A stretch of DNA of 64,000 bases from Escherichia coli (GCF_050920415.1 NZ_CP169309.1); one strand, 5' to 3'; positions 11,256 through 23,810 are shown, counted from the first letter of the stretch. Program-made: numbers and translations. Notes: generated by a model not told the origin, from the sequence alone.

Positions 11256-12641
11256 ATGCTGACATTCATTGAACTCCTTATTGGGGTTGTGGTTATTGTG
11301 GGTGTAGCTCGCTACATCATTAAAGGGTATTCCGCCACTGGCGTGTTATTTGTCGGTGGCCTGTTATTGCTGATTATTAGTGCCATTATGGGGCACAAAG
11401 TGTTACCGTCCAGCCAGGCTTCAACAGGCTACAGCGCCACGGATATCGTTGAATACGTTAAAATATTGCTAATGAGCCGCGGCGGCGACCTCGGCATGAT
11501 GATTATGATGCTGTGTGGCTTTGCCGCTTACATGACCCATATCGGCGCGAATGATATGGTGGTCAAGCTGGCGTCAAAACCATTGCAGTATATTAACTCC
11601 CCTTACCTGTTGATGATTGCCGCCTATTTTGTCGCCTGTCTGATGTCTCTGGCCGTCTCTTCCGCAACCGGTCTGGGTGTTTTGCTGATGGCAACCCTGT
11701 TTCCGGTGATGGTGAACGTTGGTATCAGCCGTGGTGCAGCTGCTGCTATTTGTGCCTCCCCGGCGGCGATTATTCTCGCACCGACTTCAGGGGATGTGGT
11801 GCTGGCGGCGCAGGCTTCCGAAATGTCGCTGATTGATTTCGCCTTCAAAACGACGCTGCCTATCTCAATTGCTGCAATTATCGGCATGGCGATCGCCCAC
11901 TTCTTCTGGCAACGTTATCTGGATAAAAAAGAGCACATCTCTCATGAAATGTTAGATGTCAGCGAAATCACCACCACTGCTCCTGCGTTTTATGCCATTT
12001 TGCCGTTCACGCCGATCATCGGAGTGCTGATTTTTGACGGCAAATGGGGGCCGCAATTACACATCATCACTATTCTGGTGATTTGTATGCTGATTGCCTC
12101 CATTCTGGAGTTCATCCGCAGCTTTAATACCCAGAAAGTGTTCTCGGGCCTGGAAGTGGCTTATCGCGGGATGGCAGATGCGTTTGCTAACGTGGTGATG
12201 CTGCTGGTTGCCGCTGGGGTATTCGCTCAGGGGCTTAGCACCATCGGCTTTATTCAAAGTCTGATTTCTATCGCCACTTCGTTTGGTTCGGCGAGTATCA
12301 TCCTGATGCTGGTATTGGTGATCCTGACAATGCTGGCGGCAGTCACGACCGGTTCAGGCAATGCGCCGTTTTATGCGTTTGTTGAGATGATCCCGAAACT
12401 GGCGCACTCTTCCGGCATTAACCCGGCGTATTTGACTATCCCAATGCTGCAGGCGTCAAACCTCGGTCGTACCCTGTCACCCGTTTCTGGCGTAGTCGTT
12501 GCGGTTGCCGGGATGGCGAAAATCTCACCATTTGAAGTCGTAAAACGCACCTCGGTGCCGGTGCTTGTTGGGCTGGTGATTGTTATCGTTGCTACAGAGC
12601 TGATGGTGCCAGGAACGGCAGCCGCGGTCACAGGCAAGTAA
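11256..12641 (+). CDS. dcuC: Anaerobic C4-dicarboxylate transporter DcuC
   Basis: 461-aa polytopic membrane ORF; sequence and synteny next to dpiA. Confidence 0.93.
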   Translation: MLTFIELLIGVVVIVGVARYIIKGYSATGVLFVGGLLLLIISAIMGHKVLPSSQASTGYSATDIVEYVKILLMSRGGDLGMMIMMLCGFAAYMTHIGANDMVVKLASKPLQYINSPYLLMIAAYFVACLMSLAVSSATGLGVLLMATLFPVMVNVGISRGAAAAICASPAAIILAPTSGDVVLAAQASEMSLIDFAFKTTLPISIAAIIGMAIAHFFWQRYLDKKEHISHEMLDVSEITTTAPAFYAILPFTPIIGVLIFDGKWGPQLHIITILVICMLIASILEFIRSFNTQKVFSGLEVAYRGMADAFANVVMLLVAAGVFAQGLSTIGFIQSLISIATSFGSASIILMLVLVILTMLAAVTTGSGNAPFYAFVEMIPKLAHSSGINPAYLTIPMLQASNLGRTLSPVSGVVVAVAGMAKISPFEVVKRTSVPVLVGLVIVIVATELMVPGTAAAVTGK

Positions 12642-12648
12642 ATAGTCA

Positions 12649-12677
12649 TGCCGGAGGCAAGCTTCCTCCGGCTTTAT
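12649..12677. terminator. Hairpin terminator between convergent dcuC and dpiA
   Basis: ccggagg-caagctt-cctccgg stem followed by T-rich tract. Confidence 0.6.
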
Positions 12678-12681
12678 CATG

Positions 12682-13362
12682 TCACCCACTGTGGTATATG
12701 CGTTGCGGTCTGCCAACTTTGCCGTGAACAATTTCAGCAATAATCAGATGGCGGCTGGCGCAATATTCAAGATAACGTCTGGCAGTGGTGCGGCTGATAG
12801 TCAGTGCCTGCGCCACCGTTTCTGCCGTATGTTGCACACCAGGCTCTTTAAACAGTTTTCGCACCGCGTTTAGCGTCAAGGGGTCAATGCCGGTCGGCAG
12901 TTCGTCTTTGGGTTCACCGCGAGCATAGGCATTAAACATCTCATCGATTTGCTTCTGGCTGGCGCTATCAATACTTTCCAGCATATGTTTACGCTGGCGG
13001 AAACGGGTTAGCGTTTGCCCCAGCCGTTCATAGGCAATTGGCTTAATGAGATAATCAAATACACCACAACGTACGGCTTCAGACACCGTTTCCATATCAC
13101 TGGCTGCAGTGGTAAACACCACGTCGCCGGGATAATGCGCCTGCACCAGTTCATGCAGTAAATTAATCCCTCTACCGTCAGGAAGATAGTTATCGAGCAA
13201 GATTAGCCCCGGCTTAAAACGCTCGATCATCATTCGGGCCTGCGCCAGGTTTCCCGCCAGTAATATCTGACTGAATCCGGGAATGTGACGAATATATTCC
13301 GCATGCATCTCTGCCAGCGGCGTTTCGTCCTCAACGATCAATAGGGTTAATGGAGCTGTCAT
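12682..13362 (-). CDS. dpiA: Two-component response regulator DpiA (CitB)
   Basis: 226-aa ORF with receiver domain (LIVEDE) and C-terminal HTH; overlaps the dpiB stop. Confidence 0.93.
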   Translation of the reverse strand: MTAPLTLLIVEDETPLAEMHAEYIRHIPGFSQILLAGNLAQARMMIERFKPGLILLDNYLPDGRGINLLHELVQAHYPGDVVFTTAASDMETVSEAVRCGVFDYLIKPIAYERLGQTLTRFRQRKHMLESIDSASQKQIDEMFNAYARGEPKDELPTGIDPLTLNAVRKLFKEPGVQHTAETVAQALTISRTTARRYLEYCASRHLIIAEIVHGKVGRPQRIYHSG

Positions 13363-14989
13363 TAGGTTTCACTTTCGGAATATAGATTGAAAATAAGGTA
13401 CCGCAGGGATCATTATCTTCGAGAGTGATAACACCACCGCAGCGCGTTACGTAGCTGGCAATCAAGTACAACCCAATGCCATGTTCGCCGGGCTCGTCAG
13501 CACGCGTACTGACACCCTGCTCAAATATTTTGTCTCGTAGAGACTCTGGAACGCCGCAGCCCTGATCGGCGACTTCAATCACCACATCATCGCCTTCATC
13601 GCTGAGGAATAATTCAACGATCTTGTTTCCTTCATCGCTACGCAGGCTGGCTTCGAAGGCGTTATCAAGTAAATTGCCAACAATGGCTGCAAACTCGGTG
13701 CTGTCCAGTCCTGGCGGCAGTTGCGAAAGCTGACTTCCGGGGACGATGACCATTTTTAGCCCCAGTTCGCGGGCGCGCTGCACTTTACCAAAAAGCAGCC
13801 CCGCCACCTGGCGATCGGCAAACGCCTCGCGCAGGCTATCAATGAGCTGTTGCTGGGCCTGAGACTCCCCCTGCACCATCGCCAACACGCGATCATACTC
13901 TTTCATCTGCAACAGACCATTGAGCGTCGACATCCAATTGAGATGCTCGTGTCGCAATGTGCGCAGGCTCTCGACGTATTGTTTAATTTGCGTCAGTTGT
14001 GCATTGAGGGTGGATATTTCGTCTTTACTACGAAAGCTGATAATGGCCCCCAGCAAATCATCACCAGAACGAATAGCTTCCCGGTTGGCAATAACGCTCA
14101 GACCGTTAAAGTTCGCCACCACATCCTGACGTTTTTCATCAATCTGTTCGGTAAAGAAATCGGCGGGCCTGACCACTTCAGCAATGGGTTTACCCAACCA
14201 TTGCCGTCCGGGGGAACTCAGCCCCAGCATCTTTCTTGCGTTACGATTGATGGCGGTAATGTAACCGTGCGGATCCACCGCAATCAGCCCTTCATAAACC
14301 GAACTAAACAGCGCCTCTTGCTGACGGACCACGCGTGCGATTTGCTTTGGCTCCATGCCCATCATTTGCCGACGGATATGCGCGGCCAGGAACCACGACA
14401 GCAACATCAGAATCCCTAACAGCACGACAAACACGCCAGCCATCGGTAATAAAAACTCAGCCCGCCAGCTATCGATTTTACTCACCAGGTAGCCAATCGA
14501 CACCACGCCGATGACTTTTCCATCGTCATCAAAGATTGGCGTTTTGGCACGCATCGCCATGCCAATTGACCCTTTCCCGGTGATAAAGTAGCTCTCCCCT
14601 TTCTCCAGCGCGCCCGGTTTGGTGAATTGCATAGGATAACCAATTTTCTCCGGATTAGGATGGTAAAGACGAATCGAGTGCCGGTCACCAATCACGACAT
14701 AATCGAAATCAGTATCTCTTTGTAATTTGTTAGCGATGGTCGCCAGCCTCTTGTAGTCACGCGTTTTCACTGCGCTGATGATACTGTCATTAGAAGCAAT
14801 AATTTTTGCCTGATTCATTGCCATGTCGCGCACATGAAGCGTTAAATAGTCCTCAAAACTGGCCGTAAAATATTGCGCCAGGGCTGCAATGACAAATATT
14901 GAGAACACCAGAATCAGCAAAAAGATACGCAGCGGAAATGCCAGTCTTTGGAAAAATGCAAACTGTTTATTCTCGTTAAGCTGCAACAT
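13331..14989 (-). CDS. dpiB: Sensor histidine kinase DpiB (CitA), citrate sensor
   Basis: 552-aa ORF with two TM segments, periplasmic PAS-like domain and HATPase_c C-terminus; start trimmed to MLQLNENK. Confidence 0.92.
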   Translation of the reverse strand: MLQLNENKQFAFFQRLAFPLRIFLLILVFSIFVIAALAQYFTASFEDYLTLHVRDMAMNQAKIIASNDSIISAVKTRDYKRLATIANKLQRDTDFDYVVIGDRHSIRLYHPNPEKIGYPMQFTKPGALEKGESYFITGKGSIGMAMRAKTPIFDDDGKVIGVVSIGYLVSKIDSWRAEFLLPMAGVFVVLLGILMLLSWFLAAHIRRQMMGMEPKQIARVVRQQEALFSSVYEGLIAVDPHGYITAINRNARKMLGLSSPGRQWLGKPIAEVVRPADFFTEQIDEKRQDVVANFNGLSVIANREAIRSGDDLLGAIISFRSKDEISTLNAQLTQIKQYVESLRTLRHEHLNWMSTLNGLLQMKEYDRVLAMVQGESQAQQQLIDSLREAFADRQVAGLLFGKVQRARELGLKMVIVPGSQLSQLPPGLDSTEFAAIVGNLLDNAFEASLRSDEGNKIVELFLSDEGDDVVIEVADQGCGVPESLRDKIFEQGVSTRADEPGEHGIGLYLIASYVTRCGGVITLEDNDPCGTLFSIYIPKVKPNDSSINPIDR

Positions 14990-15368
14990 TGTTTTCCTTG
15001 CGGGTTGTCCCGAGCCTTTTTGACGGATGTAATTAAAATGTTGAATCAAAATACATAGATATTAAATATAATCGTGGCAAATTTTATTCATTAAATCAAT
15101 TAAATCACTTAAACCTGCGGGTCATTTCGTAATTACATTAATTAAAAAACTTAAAACCATTAAATAAATAAAAAACCACTAACTCTATGTGAAATAAATC
15201 AAAATTTCACGCTGCAATACTCCTTAGGATGTATAGCGAAAGGAGAAAAAGATATACCTCGATCGCCCCCCTTTCTCCCAAGTGAAAATAAAAGGTTATC
15301 AGTTTGCAACATCGAACAACATTCGTTGCAAATCGATAACAACATGCACCTTCAGGATACTATTTATT

Positions 15369-16427
15369 ATGTTCGGCAATGATATTTTCACCCGTGTAAA
15401 ACGTTCAGAAAATAAAAAAATGGCGGAAATCGTCCAATTCCTGCATGAAAATGATTTGAGCGTTGACACCACAGTCGAAGTATTTATTACCGTAACCCGC
15501 GATGAAAAGCTTATCGCGTGCGGTGGAATTGCCGGAAATATTATTAAATGCGTTGCTATCAGTGAATCCGTTCGCGGTGAAGGACTGGCGCTGACATTAG
15601 CCACTGAATTGATAAACCTCGCCTATGAGCGGCACAGCACGCATCTGTTTATTTATACCAAAACCGAATACGAGGCGCTGTTCCGCCAGTGCGGTTTTTC
15701 CACGCTGACCAGTGTACCCGGCGTGATGGTGCTGATGGAAAACAGCGCCACGCGACTGAAACGCTATGCCGAATCGCTGAAAAAATTTCGTCATCCAGGG
15801 AACAAGATTGGCTGCATTGTGATGAACGCCAATCCCTTTACGAATGGTCACCGTTATCTGATTCAACAGGCTGCAGCACAGTGCGACTGGTTGCATCTGT
15901 TTTTAGTTAAAGAAGATTCTTCACGCTTTCCCTATGAAGACCGGCTGGATCTGGTGTTAAAAGGCACCGCCGATATTCCACGCCTGACTGTGCATCGCGG
16001 CTCCGAATACATCATCTCCCGCGCTACGTTCCCTTGCTACTTCATTAAAGAACAGAGCGTCATTAACCATTGTTACACCGAAATTGATCTGAAGATTTTC
16101 CGTCAGTACCTCGCTCCCGCGCTGGGTGTAACTCACCGCTTTGTCGGTACTGAACCCTTTTGTCGCGTTACCGCCCAGTACAACCAGGATATGCGCTACT
16201 GGCTGGAAACGCCGACTATCTCCGCACCGCCCATCGAACTGGTTGAAATTGAGCGGCTGCGTTACCAGGAGATGCCGATATCCGCTTCCCGGGTACGTCA
16301 ACTGCTGGCGAAAAACGATCTCACGGCTATCGCGCCGCTGGTCCCTGCAGTCACGCTGCATTATTTGCAGAACCTGCTTGAGCACTCCCGCCAGGACGCG
16401 GCAGCTCGTCAAAAGACCCCCGCATGA
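15369..16427 (+). CDS. citC: [Citrate (pro-3S)-lyase] ligase CitC
   Basis: 352-aa ORF starting MFGNDIFTRV; first gene of the citCDEFXG operon. Confidence 0.92.
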   Translation: MFGNDIFTRVKRSENKKMAEIVQFLHENDLSVDTTVEVFITVTRDEKLIACGGIAGNIIKCVAISESVRGEGLALTLATELINLAYERHSTHLFIYTKTEYEALFRQCGFSTLTSVPGVMVLMENSATRLKRYAESLKKFRHPGNKIGCIVMNANPFTNGHRYLIQQAAAQCDWLHLFLVKEDSSRFPYEDRLDLVLKGTADIPRLTVHRGSEYIISRATFPCYFIKEQSVINHCYTEIDLKIFRQYLAPALGVTHRFVGTEPFCRVTAQYNQDMRYWLETPTISAPPIELVEIERLRYQEMPISASRVRQLLAKNDLTAIAPLVPAVTLHYLQNLLEHSRQDAAARQKTPA

Positions 16428-16441
16428 GAAACAGGTGAAAA

Positions 16442-16738
16442 ATGAAAATAAACCAGCCCGCCGTTGCAGGCACCCTTGAGTCTGGGGATGTGATGATACG
16501 CATCGCCCCACTCGATACGCAGGATATCGACCTGCAAATCAACAGCAGCGTTGAAAAACAGTTTGGTGATGCCATTCGCACCACCATTCTGGACGTTCTC
16601 GCCCGCTACAACGTGCGCGGCGTACAGCTGAATGTCGATGACAAAGGCGCACTGGACTGCATTTTACGTGCACGACTGGAAGCCCTGCTGGCACGCGCCA
16701 GCGGTATCCCGGCTCTGCCATGGGAGGATTGCCAATGA
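16442..16738 (+). CDS. citD: Citrate lyase acyl carrier protein (gamma subunit) CitD
   Basis: 98-aa ORF; operon position. Confidence 0.93.
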
Positions 16739-17643
16739 TTTCCGCTTCGCTGCAACAACGTAAAACTCGCACCCGCCGCAGCATGTTGTTTGTGCCTGGT
16801 GCCAATGCCGCGATGGTCAGCAACTCATTCATCTACCCGGCTGATGCCCTGATGTTTGACCTCGAAGACTCCGTAGCATTGCGTGAAAAAGACACCGCCC
16901 GCCGCATGGTTTACCACGCGCTGCAACATCCGCTGTATCGCGATATTGAAACCATTGTGCGTGTAAACGCGCTGGATTCCGAATGGGGTGTCAACGACCT
17001 GGAAGCCGTCGTTCGCGGTGGTGCGGACGTTGTGCGTCTGCCGAAAACCGATACCGCTCAGGATGTTCTGGATATCGAAAAAGAGATCCTGCGTATCGAA
17101 AAAGCCTGTGGTCGTGAACCCGGCAGTACCGGCTTGCTGGCGGCGATTGAATCTCCGCTGGGCATTACCCGCGCAGTGGAAATCGCTCACGCTTCCGAGC
17201 GTTTGATCGGTATCGCCCTCGGTGCAGAAGACTATGTGCGCAACCTGCGTACAGAACGCTCCCCGGAAGGAACTGAACTGCTGTTCGCTCGCTGCTCCAT
17301 TTTGCAGGCCGCGCGATCTGCGGGTATTCAGGCGTTCGATACCGTCTATTCTGACGCAAACAACGAAGCCGGATTCCTGCAAGAAGCCGCCCACATCAAA
17401 CAGCTGGGCTTTGACGGCAAATCGCTGATCAACCCGCGTCAGATTGATCTGCTGCACAACCTCTACGCACCGACCCAGAAAGAAGTGGATCACGCCCGCC
17501 GCGTCGTAGAAGCCGCTGAAGCCGCCGCTCGCGAAGGCCTCGGCGTGGTTTCCCTGAACGGCAAGATGGTGGACGGTCCGGTTATCGATCGCGCCCGTCT
17601 GGTGCTCTCCCGCGCAGAACTTTCCGGCATCCGCGAAGAATAA
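16735..17643 (+). CDS. citE: Citrate lyase beta subunit (citryl-ACP lyase) CitE
   Basis: 302-aa ORF starting [10 protein letters not shown]; 4-nt ATGA overlap with citD stop. Confidence 0.93.
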
Positions 17644-17653
17644 GGCAATCAAA

Positions 17654-19186
17654 ATGACGCAGAAAATTGAACAATCTCAACGACAAGAACGGGTAGCGGC
17701 CTGGAATCGTCGCGCTGAATGCGATCTTGCCGCTTTCCAGAACTCGCCAAAGCAAACCTACCAGGCTGAAAAAGCGCGCGATCGCAAACTGTGCGCCAAC
17801 CTGGAAGAAGCGATTCGTCGCTCTGGTTTACAGGACGGCATGACGGTTTCCTTCCATCACGCTTTCCGTGGCGGTGACCTGACCGTCAATATGGTGATGG
17901 ACGTCATCGCGAAGATGGGCTTTAAAAACCTGACTCTGGCCTCCAGCTCCCTGAGTGATTGCCATGCGCCGCTGGTAGAACACATTCGCCAGGGCGTGGT
18001 TACCCGCATTTATACCTCTGGCCTGCGCGGTCCACTGGCGGAAGAAATCTCCCGTGGTCTGCTGGCGGAACCGGTGCAAATCCACTCTCACGGCGGACGT
18101 GTGCATCTGGTACAGAGCGGCGAACTGAATATCGATGTGGCTTTCCTCGGCGTCCCGTCCTGTGATGAATTCGGTAATGCCAACGGCTACACCGGTAAAG
18201 CCTGCTGCGGCTCCCTCGGCTATGCAATGGTTGATGCCGACAACGCAAAACAGGTCGTGATGCTTACCGAAGAACTGCTGCCTTATCCGCATAATCCGGC
18301 AAGCATTGAGCAAGATCAGGTTGATCTGATCGTCAAAGTCGATCGCGTTGGCGATGCTGCAAAAATCGGCGCTGGTGCTACCCGTATGACCACTAACCCG
18401 CGCGAACTGCTTATTGCCCGTAGCGCTGCGGATGTGATTGTCAACTCAGGCTACTTTAAAGAAGGTTTCTCCATGCAGACCGGCACCGGCGGCGCATCGC
18501 TGGCGGTAACCCGTTTCCTGGAAGACAAAATGCGTAGCCGCGATATTCGCGCCGACTTCGCCCTTGGCGGTATTACCGCAACGATGGTTGATCTGCACGA
18601 AAAAGGTCTGATCCGCAAACTGCTGGATGTACAGAGCTTTGACAGCCACGCTGCACAATCGCTGGCCCGTAACCCCAATCACATCGAAATCAGCGCCAAC
18701 CAGTACGCTAACTGGGGTTCAAAAGGTGCATCGGTTGATCGTCTCGACGTGGTGGTACTGAGCGCGCTGGAAATTGACACCCAGTTCAACGTTAACGTGC
18801 TGACCGGCTCTGACGGCGTACTGCGTGGCGCTTCCGGTGGTCACTGCGATACCGCGATTGCCTCTGCACTTTCCATCATCGTCGCACCGCTGGTACGCGG
18901 TCGTATTCCGACTCTGGTGGATAACGTGCTGACCTGCATCACCCCGGGCTCCAGTGTCGATATTCTGGTCACAGACCACGGTATCGCAGTTAACCCGGCA
19001 CGTCCGGAACTGGCAGAACGTCTGCAGGAAGCGGGGATCAAAGTGGTTTCTATTGAGTGGCTGCGTGAACGTGCGCGTCTGCTGACCGGTGAACCACAGC
19101 CGATTGAATTCACCGACCGCGTCGTTGCCGTTGTGCGTTACCGCGATGGCTCGGTGATCGATGTTGTGCATCAGGTGAAGGAATAA
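17654..19186 (+). CDS. citF: Citrate lyase alpha subunit (citrate CoA-transferase) CitF
   Basis: 510-aa ORF; operon position. Confidence 0.94.
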   Translation: MTQKIEQSQRQERVAAWNRRAECDLAAFQNSPKQTYQAEKARDRKLCANLEEAIRRSGLQDGMTVSFHHAFRGGDLTVNMVMDVIAKMGFKNLTLASSSLSDCHAPLVEHIRQGVVTRIYTSGLRGPLAEEISRGLLAEPVQIHSHGGRVHLVQSGELNIDVAFLGVPSCDEFGNANGYTGKACCGSLGYAMVDADNAKQVVMLTEELLPYPHNPASIEQDQVDLIVKVDRVGDAAKIGAGATRMTTNPRELLIARSAADVIVNSGYFKEGFSMQTGTGGASLAVTRFLEDKMRSRDIRADFALGGITATMVDLHEKGLIRKLLDVQSFDSHAAQSLARNPNHIEISANQYANWGSKGASVDRLDVVVLSALEIDTQFNVNVLTGSDGVLRGASGGHCDTAIASALSIIVAPLVRGRIPTLVDNVLTCITPGSSVDILVTDHGIAVNPARPELAERLQEAGIKVVSIEWLRERARLLTGEPQPIEFTDRVVAVVRYRDGSVIDVVHQVKE

Positions 19187-19189
19187 GCC

Positions 19190-20594
<1,405 letters not shown>

Positions 20595-20644
20595 TTATTT
20601 AAGCACTTGATAAATTTGGAAATATTAATTTTCGGAGAACCCGT

Positions 20645-22108
20645 ATGTCTTTAGCAAAAGATAATATATGGAAACTATTGGCCCCACTGGTGGTGATGGG
20701 CGTCATGTTTCTTATCCCTGTCCCCGACGGTATGCCACCGCAGGCATGGCATTACTTCGCTGTGTTTGTGGCAATGATTGTCGGCATGATCCTCGAGCCA
20801 ATTCCGGCAACAGCGATCAGTTTTATTGCGGTTACTATTTGCGTTATTGGCAGTAATTACCTTCTCTTTGATGCCAAAGAATTAGCTGACCCAGCGTTTA
20901 ATGCGCAAAAACAGGCGCTGAAATGGGGTCTGGCTGGTTTTTCCAGCACCACGGTATGGCTGGTATTTGGCGCATTTATTTTTGCATTAGGGTATGAAGT
21001 TTCCGGGTTAGGTCGTCGCATTGCCCTTTTCCTGGTGAAATTCATGGGCAAACGCACGCTGACGTTAGGTTATGCGATAGTCATTATCGACATTCTGCTG
21101 GCACCGTTTACACCGTCCAACACCGCGCGTACCGGGGGTACGGTTTTTCCGGTCATTAAAAACCTGCCGCCGCTGTTTAAATCATTCCCGAACGATCCGT
21201 CCGCGCGTCGTATTGGCGGCTATTTGATGTGGATGATGGTCATTAGTACCAGTCTGAGTTCGTCCATGTTTGTCACCGGTGCGGCACCAAACGTGCTGGG
21301 TCTGGAGTTCGTCAGCAAAATTGCCGGCATCCAGATTAGCTGGTTGCAGTGGTTCCTCTGCTTCCTGCCGGTTGGCGTTATCTTACTTATCATTGCGCCG
21401 TGGCTTTCCTACGTGCTTTACAAACCGGAAATCACACACAGTGAAGAAGTAGCAACCTGGGCGGGTGATGAACTAAAAACCATGGGTGCGCTGACACGCA
21501 GAGAGTGGACGCTGATTGGCCTTGTATTGCTCAGCTTAGGTTTGTGGGTATTTGGCAGTGAAGTCATTAATGCTACTGCGGTAGGTCTGCTGGCAGTTTC
21601 GCTAATGCTGGCCCTGCACGTTGTGCCGTGGAAAGACATTACCCGCTATAACAGCGCATGGAACACGCTGGTCAACCTGGCAACTTTGGTTGTGATGGCT
21701 AATGGCCTGACTCGTTCTGGCTTTATTGACTGGTTCGCCGGTACCATGAGTACGCACCTGGAAGGATTCTCACCAAACGCAACGGTGATTGTACTGGTTC
21801 TGGTGTTCTACTTTGCGCACTACCTGTTTGCCAGCCTGTCTGCGCACACCGCAACCATGCTGCCGGTTATTCTGGCCGTCGGTAAAGGTATTCCGGGCGT
21901 ACCAATGGAACAACTGTGTATCCTGCTGGTGCTGTCTATCGGTATCATGGGCTGTCTGACGCCGTATGCAACCGGTCCTGGGGTGATTATTTACGGCTGC
22001 GGCTATGTGAAATCAAAAGATTACTGGCGACTTGGTGCAATCTTCGGGGTGATTTACATCTCTATGTTGCTGTTGGTTGGCTGGCCGATTCTCGCCATGT
22101 GGAACTAA
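20645..22108 (+). CDS. citT: Citrate:succinate antiporter CitT (DASS family)
   Basis: 487-aa polytopic membrane ORF downstream of citG. Confidence 0.93.
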   Translation: MSLAKDNIWKLLAPLVVMGVMFLIPVPDGMPPQAWHYFAVFVAMIVGMILEPIPATAISFIAVTICVIGSNYLLFDAKELADPAFNAQKQALKWGLAGFSSTTVWLVFGAFIFALGYEVSGLGRRIALFLVKFMGKRTLTLGYAIVIIDILLAPFTPSNTARTGGTVFPVIKNLPPLFKSFPNDPSARRIGGYLMWMMVISTSLSSSMFVTGAAPNVLGLEFVSKIAGIQISWLQWFLCFLPVGVILLIIAPWLSYVLYKPEITHSEEVATWAGDELKTMGALTRREWTLIGLVLLSLGLWVFGSEVINATAVGLLAVSLMLALHVVPWKDITRYNSAWNTLVNLATLVVMANGLTRSGFIDWFAGTMSTHLEGFSPNATVIVLVLVFYFAHYLFASLSAHTATMLPVILAVGKGIPGVPMEQLCILLVLSIGIMGCLTPYATGPGVIIYGCGYVKSKDYWRLGAIFGVIYISMLLLVGWPILAMWN

Positions 22109-22139
22109 TACGTTCGCCAAACGCTGAATAAATCATCAC

Positions 22140-22175
22140 GCCCGCCAGGTAAGCCCACCTGGCGGGCTTTTTTAT
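22140..22175 (+). terminator. Rho-independent terminator after citT
   Basis: gcccgccaggt-aagccc-acctggcgggc hairpin followed by TTTTTTAT. Confidence 0.75.
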
Positions 22176-22221
22176 GATTTAATAGATAGTATTCAGTGTA
22201 TGTATGAGTTCCACACCCATT

Positions 22222-23028
22222 ATGAAAGCATTCTGGCGTAACGCCGCGTTGCTCGCGGTTTCTCTGCTTCCCTTCTCTTCTGCCAACGCCGTGGCGTTGC
22301 AGGCAAAACAGTATGGCGATTTTGATCGCTATGTCCTGGCCCTCTCCTGGCAAACCGGATTTTGCCAGAGTCAACACGATCGAAATCGTAACGAACGAGA
22401 TGAATGTCGCCTGCAAACCGAAACGACCAACAAAGCTGATTTTCTGACCGTACATGGTCTATGGCCAGGATTGCCTAAATCGGTTGCTGCCCGTGGTGTT
22501 GATGAACGCCGCTGGATGCGCTTCGGTTGCGCTACTCGCCCAATCCCGAATCTGCCAGAAGCACGCGCCAGCCGGATGTGTTCATCGCCGGAAACTGGGT
22601 TATCGCTGGAAACGGCAGCTAAACTAAATGAAGTCATGCCGGGAGCTGGCGGTCGTTCCTGCCTGGAACGTTACGAATATGCCAAACACGGCGTCTGCTT
22701 TGGTTTTGATCCGGACGCTTACTTCGGCACGATGGTACGTCTGAATCAAGAAATTAAAGAGAGCGAAACCGGAAAATTTCTTGCGGATAACTATGGTAAA
22801 ACAGTGAACCGCCGTGATTTTGATGCCGCCTTTGCCAAAAGCTGGGGAAAAGAGAACGTGAAAGCCGTTAAGCTAACGTGCCAGGGTAACCCTGCGTATT
22901 TGACTGAAATTCAGATCTCGATCAAAGCTGACGCCATCAACGCTCCGCTTTCTGCAAACTCATTCTTGCCACAACCACACCCAGGCAACTGTGGCAAAAC
23001 CTTTGTGATTGATAAAGCAGGTTATTAA
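22222..23028 (+). CDS. rna: Periplasmic ribonuclease I (RNase T2 family)
   Basis: 268-aa ORF from MKAFWRNAALLAVSLL (signal peptide); the in-frame ATG at 22204 is an alternative start. Confidence 0.92.
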   Translation: MKAFWRNAALLAVSLLPFSSANAVALQAKQYGDFDRYVLALSWQTGFCQSQHDRNRNERDECRLQTETTNKADFLTVHGLWPGLPKSVAARGVDERRWMRFGCATRPIPNLPEARASRMCSSPETGLSLETAAKLNEVMPGAGGRSCLERYEYAKHGVCFGFDPDAYFGTMVRLNQEIKESETGKFLADNYGKTVNRRDFDAAFAKSWGKENVKAVKLTCQGNPAYLTEIQISIKADAINAPLSANSFLPQPHPGNCGKTFVIDKAGY

Positions 23029-23174
23029 TCCTCTGATTTACAAAAGACGCTAATTCGTCTTCCATAAACTATGACGATTAAGATTTATACATAATGCGCT
23101 GCATTGAGGAATTCCCTGAATGTGACGCAAATCACTTCAAAGAGTGAGCAACAGTCAGTATCATCATGTGAGTT

Positions 23175-23210
23175 AAACCCTCGCCGCCTGACGGTGAGGG
23201 TTTTCTTTTG
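23175..23210 (+). terminator. Putative terminator after rna
   Basis: aaccctcgccgcctgacggtgagggtt imperfect hairpin followed by TTCTTTT. Confidence 0.55.
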
Positions 23211-23257
23211 GGTATGTTTATCTGCGACACTCGCAGTACCGACGACATGGAGTAAAA

Positions 23258-23668
23258 ATGTCCAGACCAACTATCATCATTAACGACCTGGATGCCGAAC
23301 GCATCGATATTCTGCTGGAGCAACCTGCCTATTCTGGTTTGCCAATCGCCGACGCGTTAAACGCAGAGTTGGATCGCGCCCAAATGTGTTCGCCAGAAGA
23401 GATGCCACACGACGTGGTGACAATGAACAGCCGGGTTAAATTCCGCAATCTTAGCGATGGCGAAGTGCGTGTGCGCACGCTGGTGTATCCGGCAAAAATG
23501 ACCGATAGCAATACTCAGCTTTCCGTTATGGCTCCGGTAGGTGCCGCACTGCTGGGGCTGCGCGTTGGCGATTCCATTCACTGGGAACTTCCGGGCGGCG
23601 TTGCAACCCACCTTGAAGTGCTGGAACTCGAATACCAGCCAGAAGCTGCTGGCGACTACCTGCTTTAA
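23258..23668 (+). CDS. rnk: Regulator of nucleoside diphosphate kinase Rnk (GreA/GreB-like)
   Basis: 136-aa ORF; sequence and synteny. Confidence 0.92.
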   Translation: MSRPTIIINDLDAERIDILLEQPAYSGLPIADALNAELDRAQMCSPEEMPHDVVTMNSRVKFRNLSDGEVRVRTLVYPAKMTDSNTQLSVMAPVGAALLGLRVGDSIHWELPGGVATHLEVLELEYQPEAAGDYLL

Positions 23669-23699
23669 TCCCATCTGCACAAGCGACAACTCGCTTTGC

Positions 23700-23727
23700 C
23701 CAGAGGATGCACTCGCATCCTCTTTCC
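23700..23727 (+). terminator. Putative terminator after rnk
   Basis: agaggatgc-actc-gcatcctct hairpin followed by TTCC. Confidence 0.5.
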
Positions 23728-23810
23728 GCTCAAATATCAACCAGATTTATCATTTTGCTCTTAAGCACAGCATTCTAATCTGAACTGGTTATTCATCTGC
23801 GGAACCCCAT

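Noticed and set aside
15282-15368. N-terminal extensions in the six-frame track (citC from 15282; likewise dsbG 27186, ybdO 28152, ybdL to 32250, ahpF to 26169, pagP to 10691, dpiB to 15049, entA to 37920, entC to 41568, fepD 44054, fepE to 48052, entF to 52235, fepA 53700, entD 56025, ybdF 59902, nfsB 60434, ybdG 61228)
   Set aside because: These are first-in-frame-start artefacts; I used the downstream start that matches the known protein N-terminus and has a plausible RBS.
16825-17652. 275-aa minus-strand ORF antisense to citE, with similar long antisense ORFs over dpiB (13850-14419), citC/citD (15957-16511), citF (17828-18313, 18719-19222), ahpF (24826-25494), ahpC (26391-26906), dsbG (27264-27776), cstA (34858-35526), entA (37195-37692), fepG (45402-45884) and nfsB (60506-61114)
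   Set aside because: All lie opposite well-supported genes with recognisable products and are most simply explained as chance open frames in GC-rich coding DNA.
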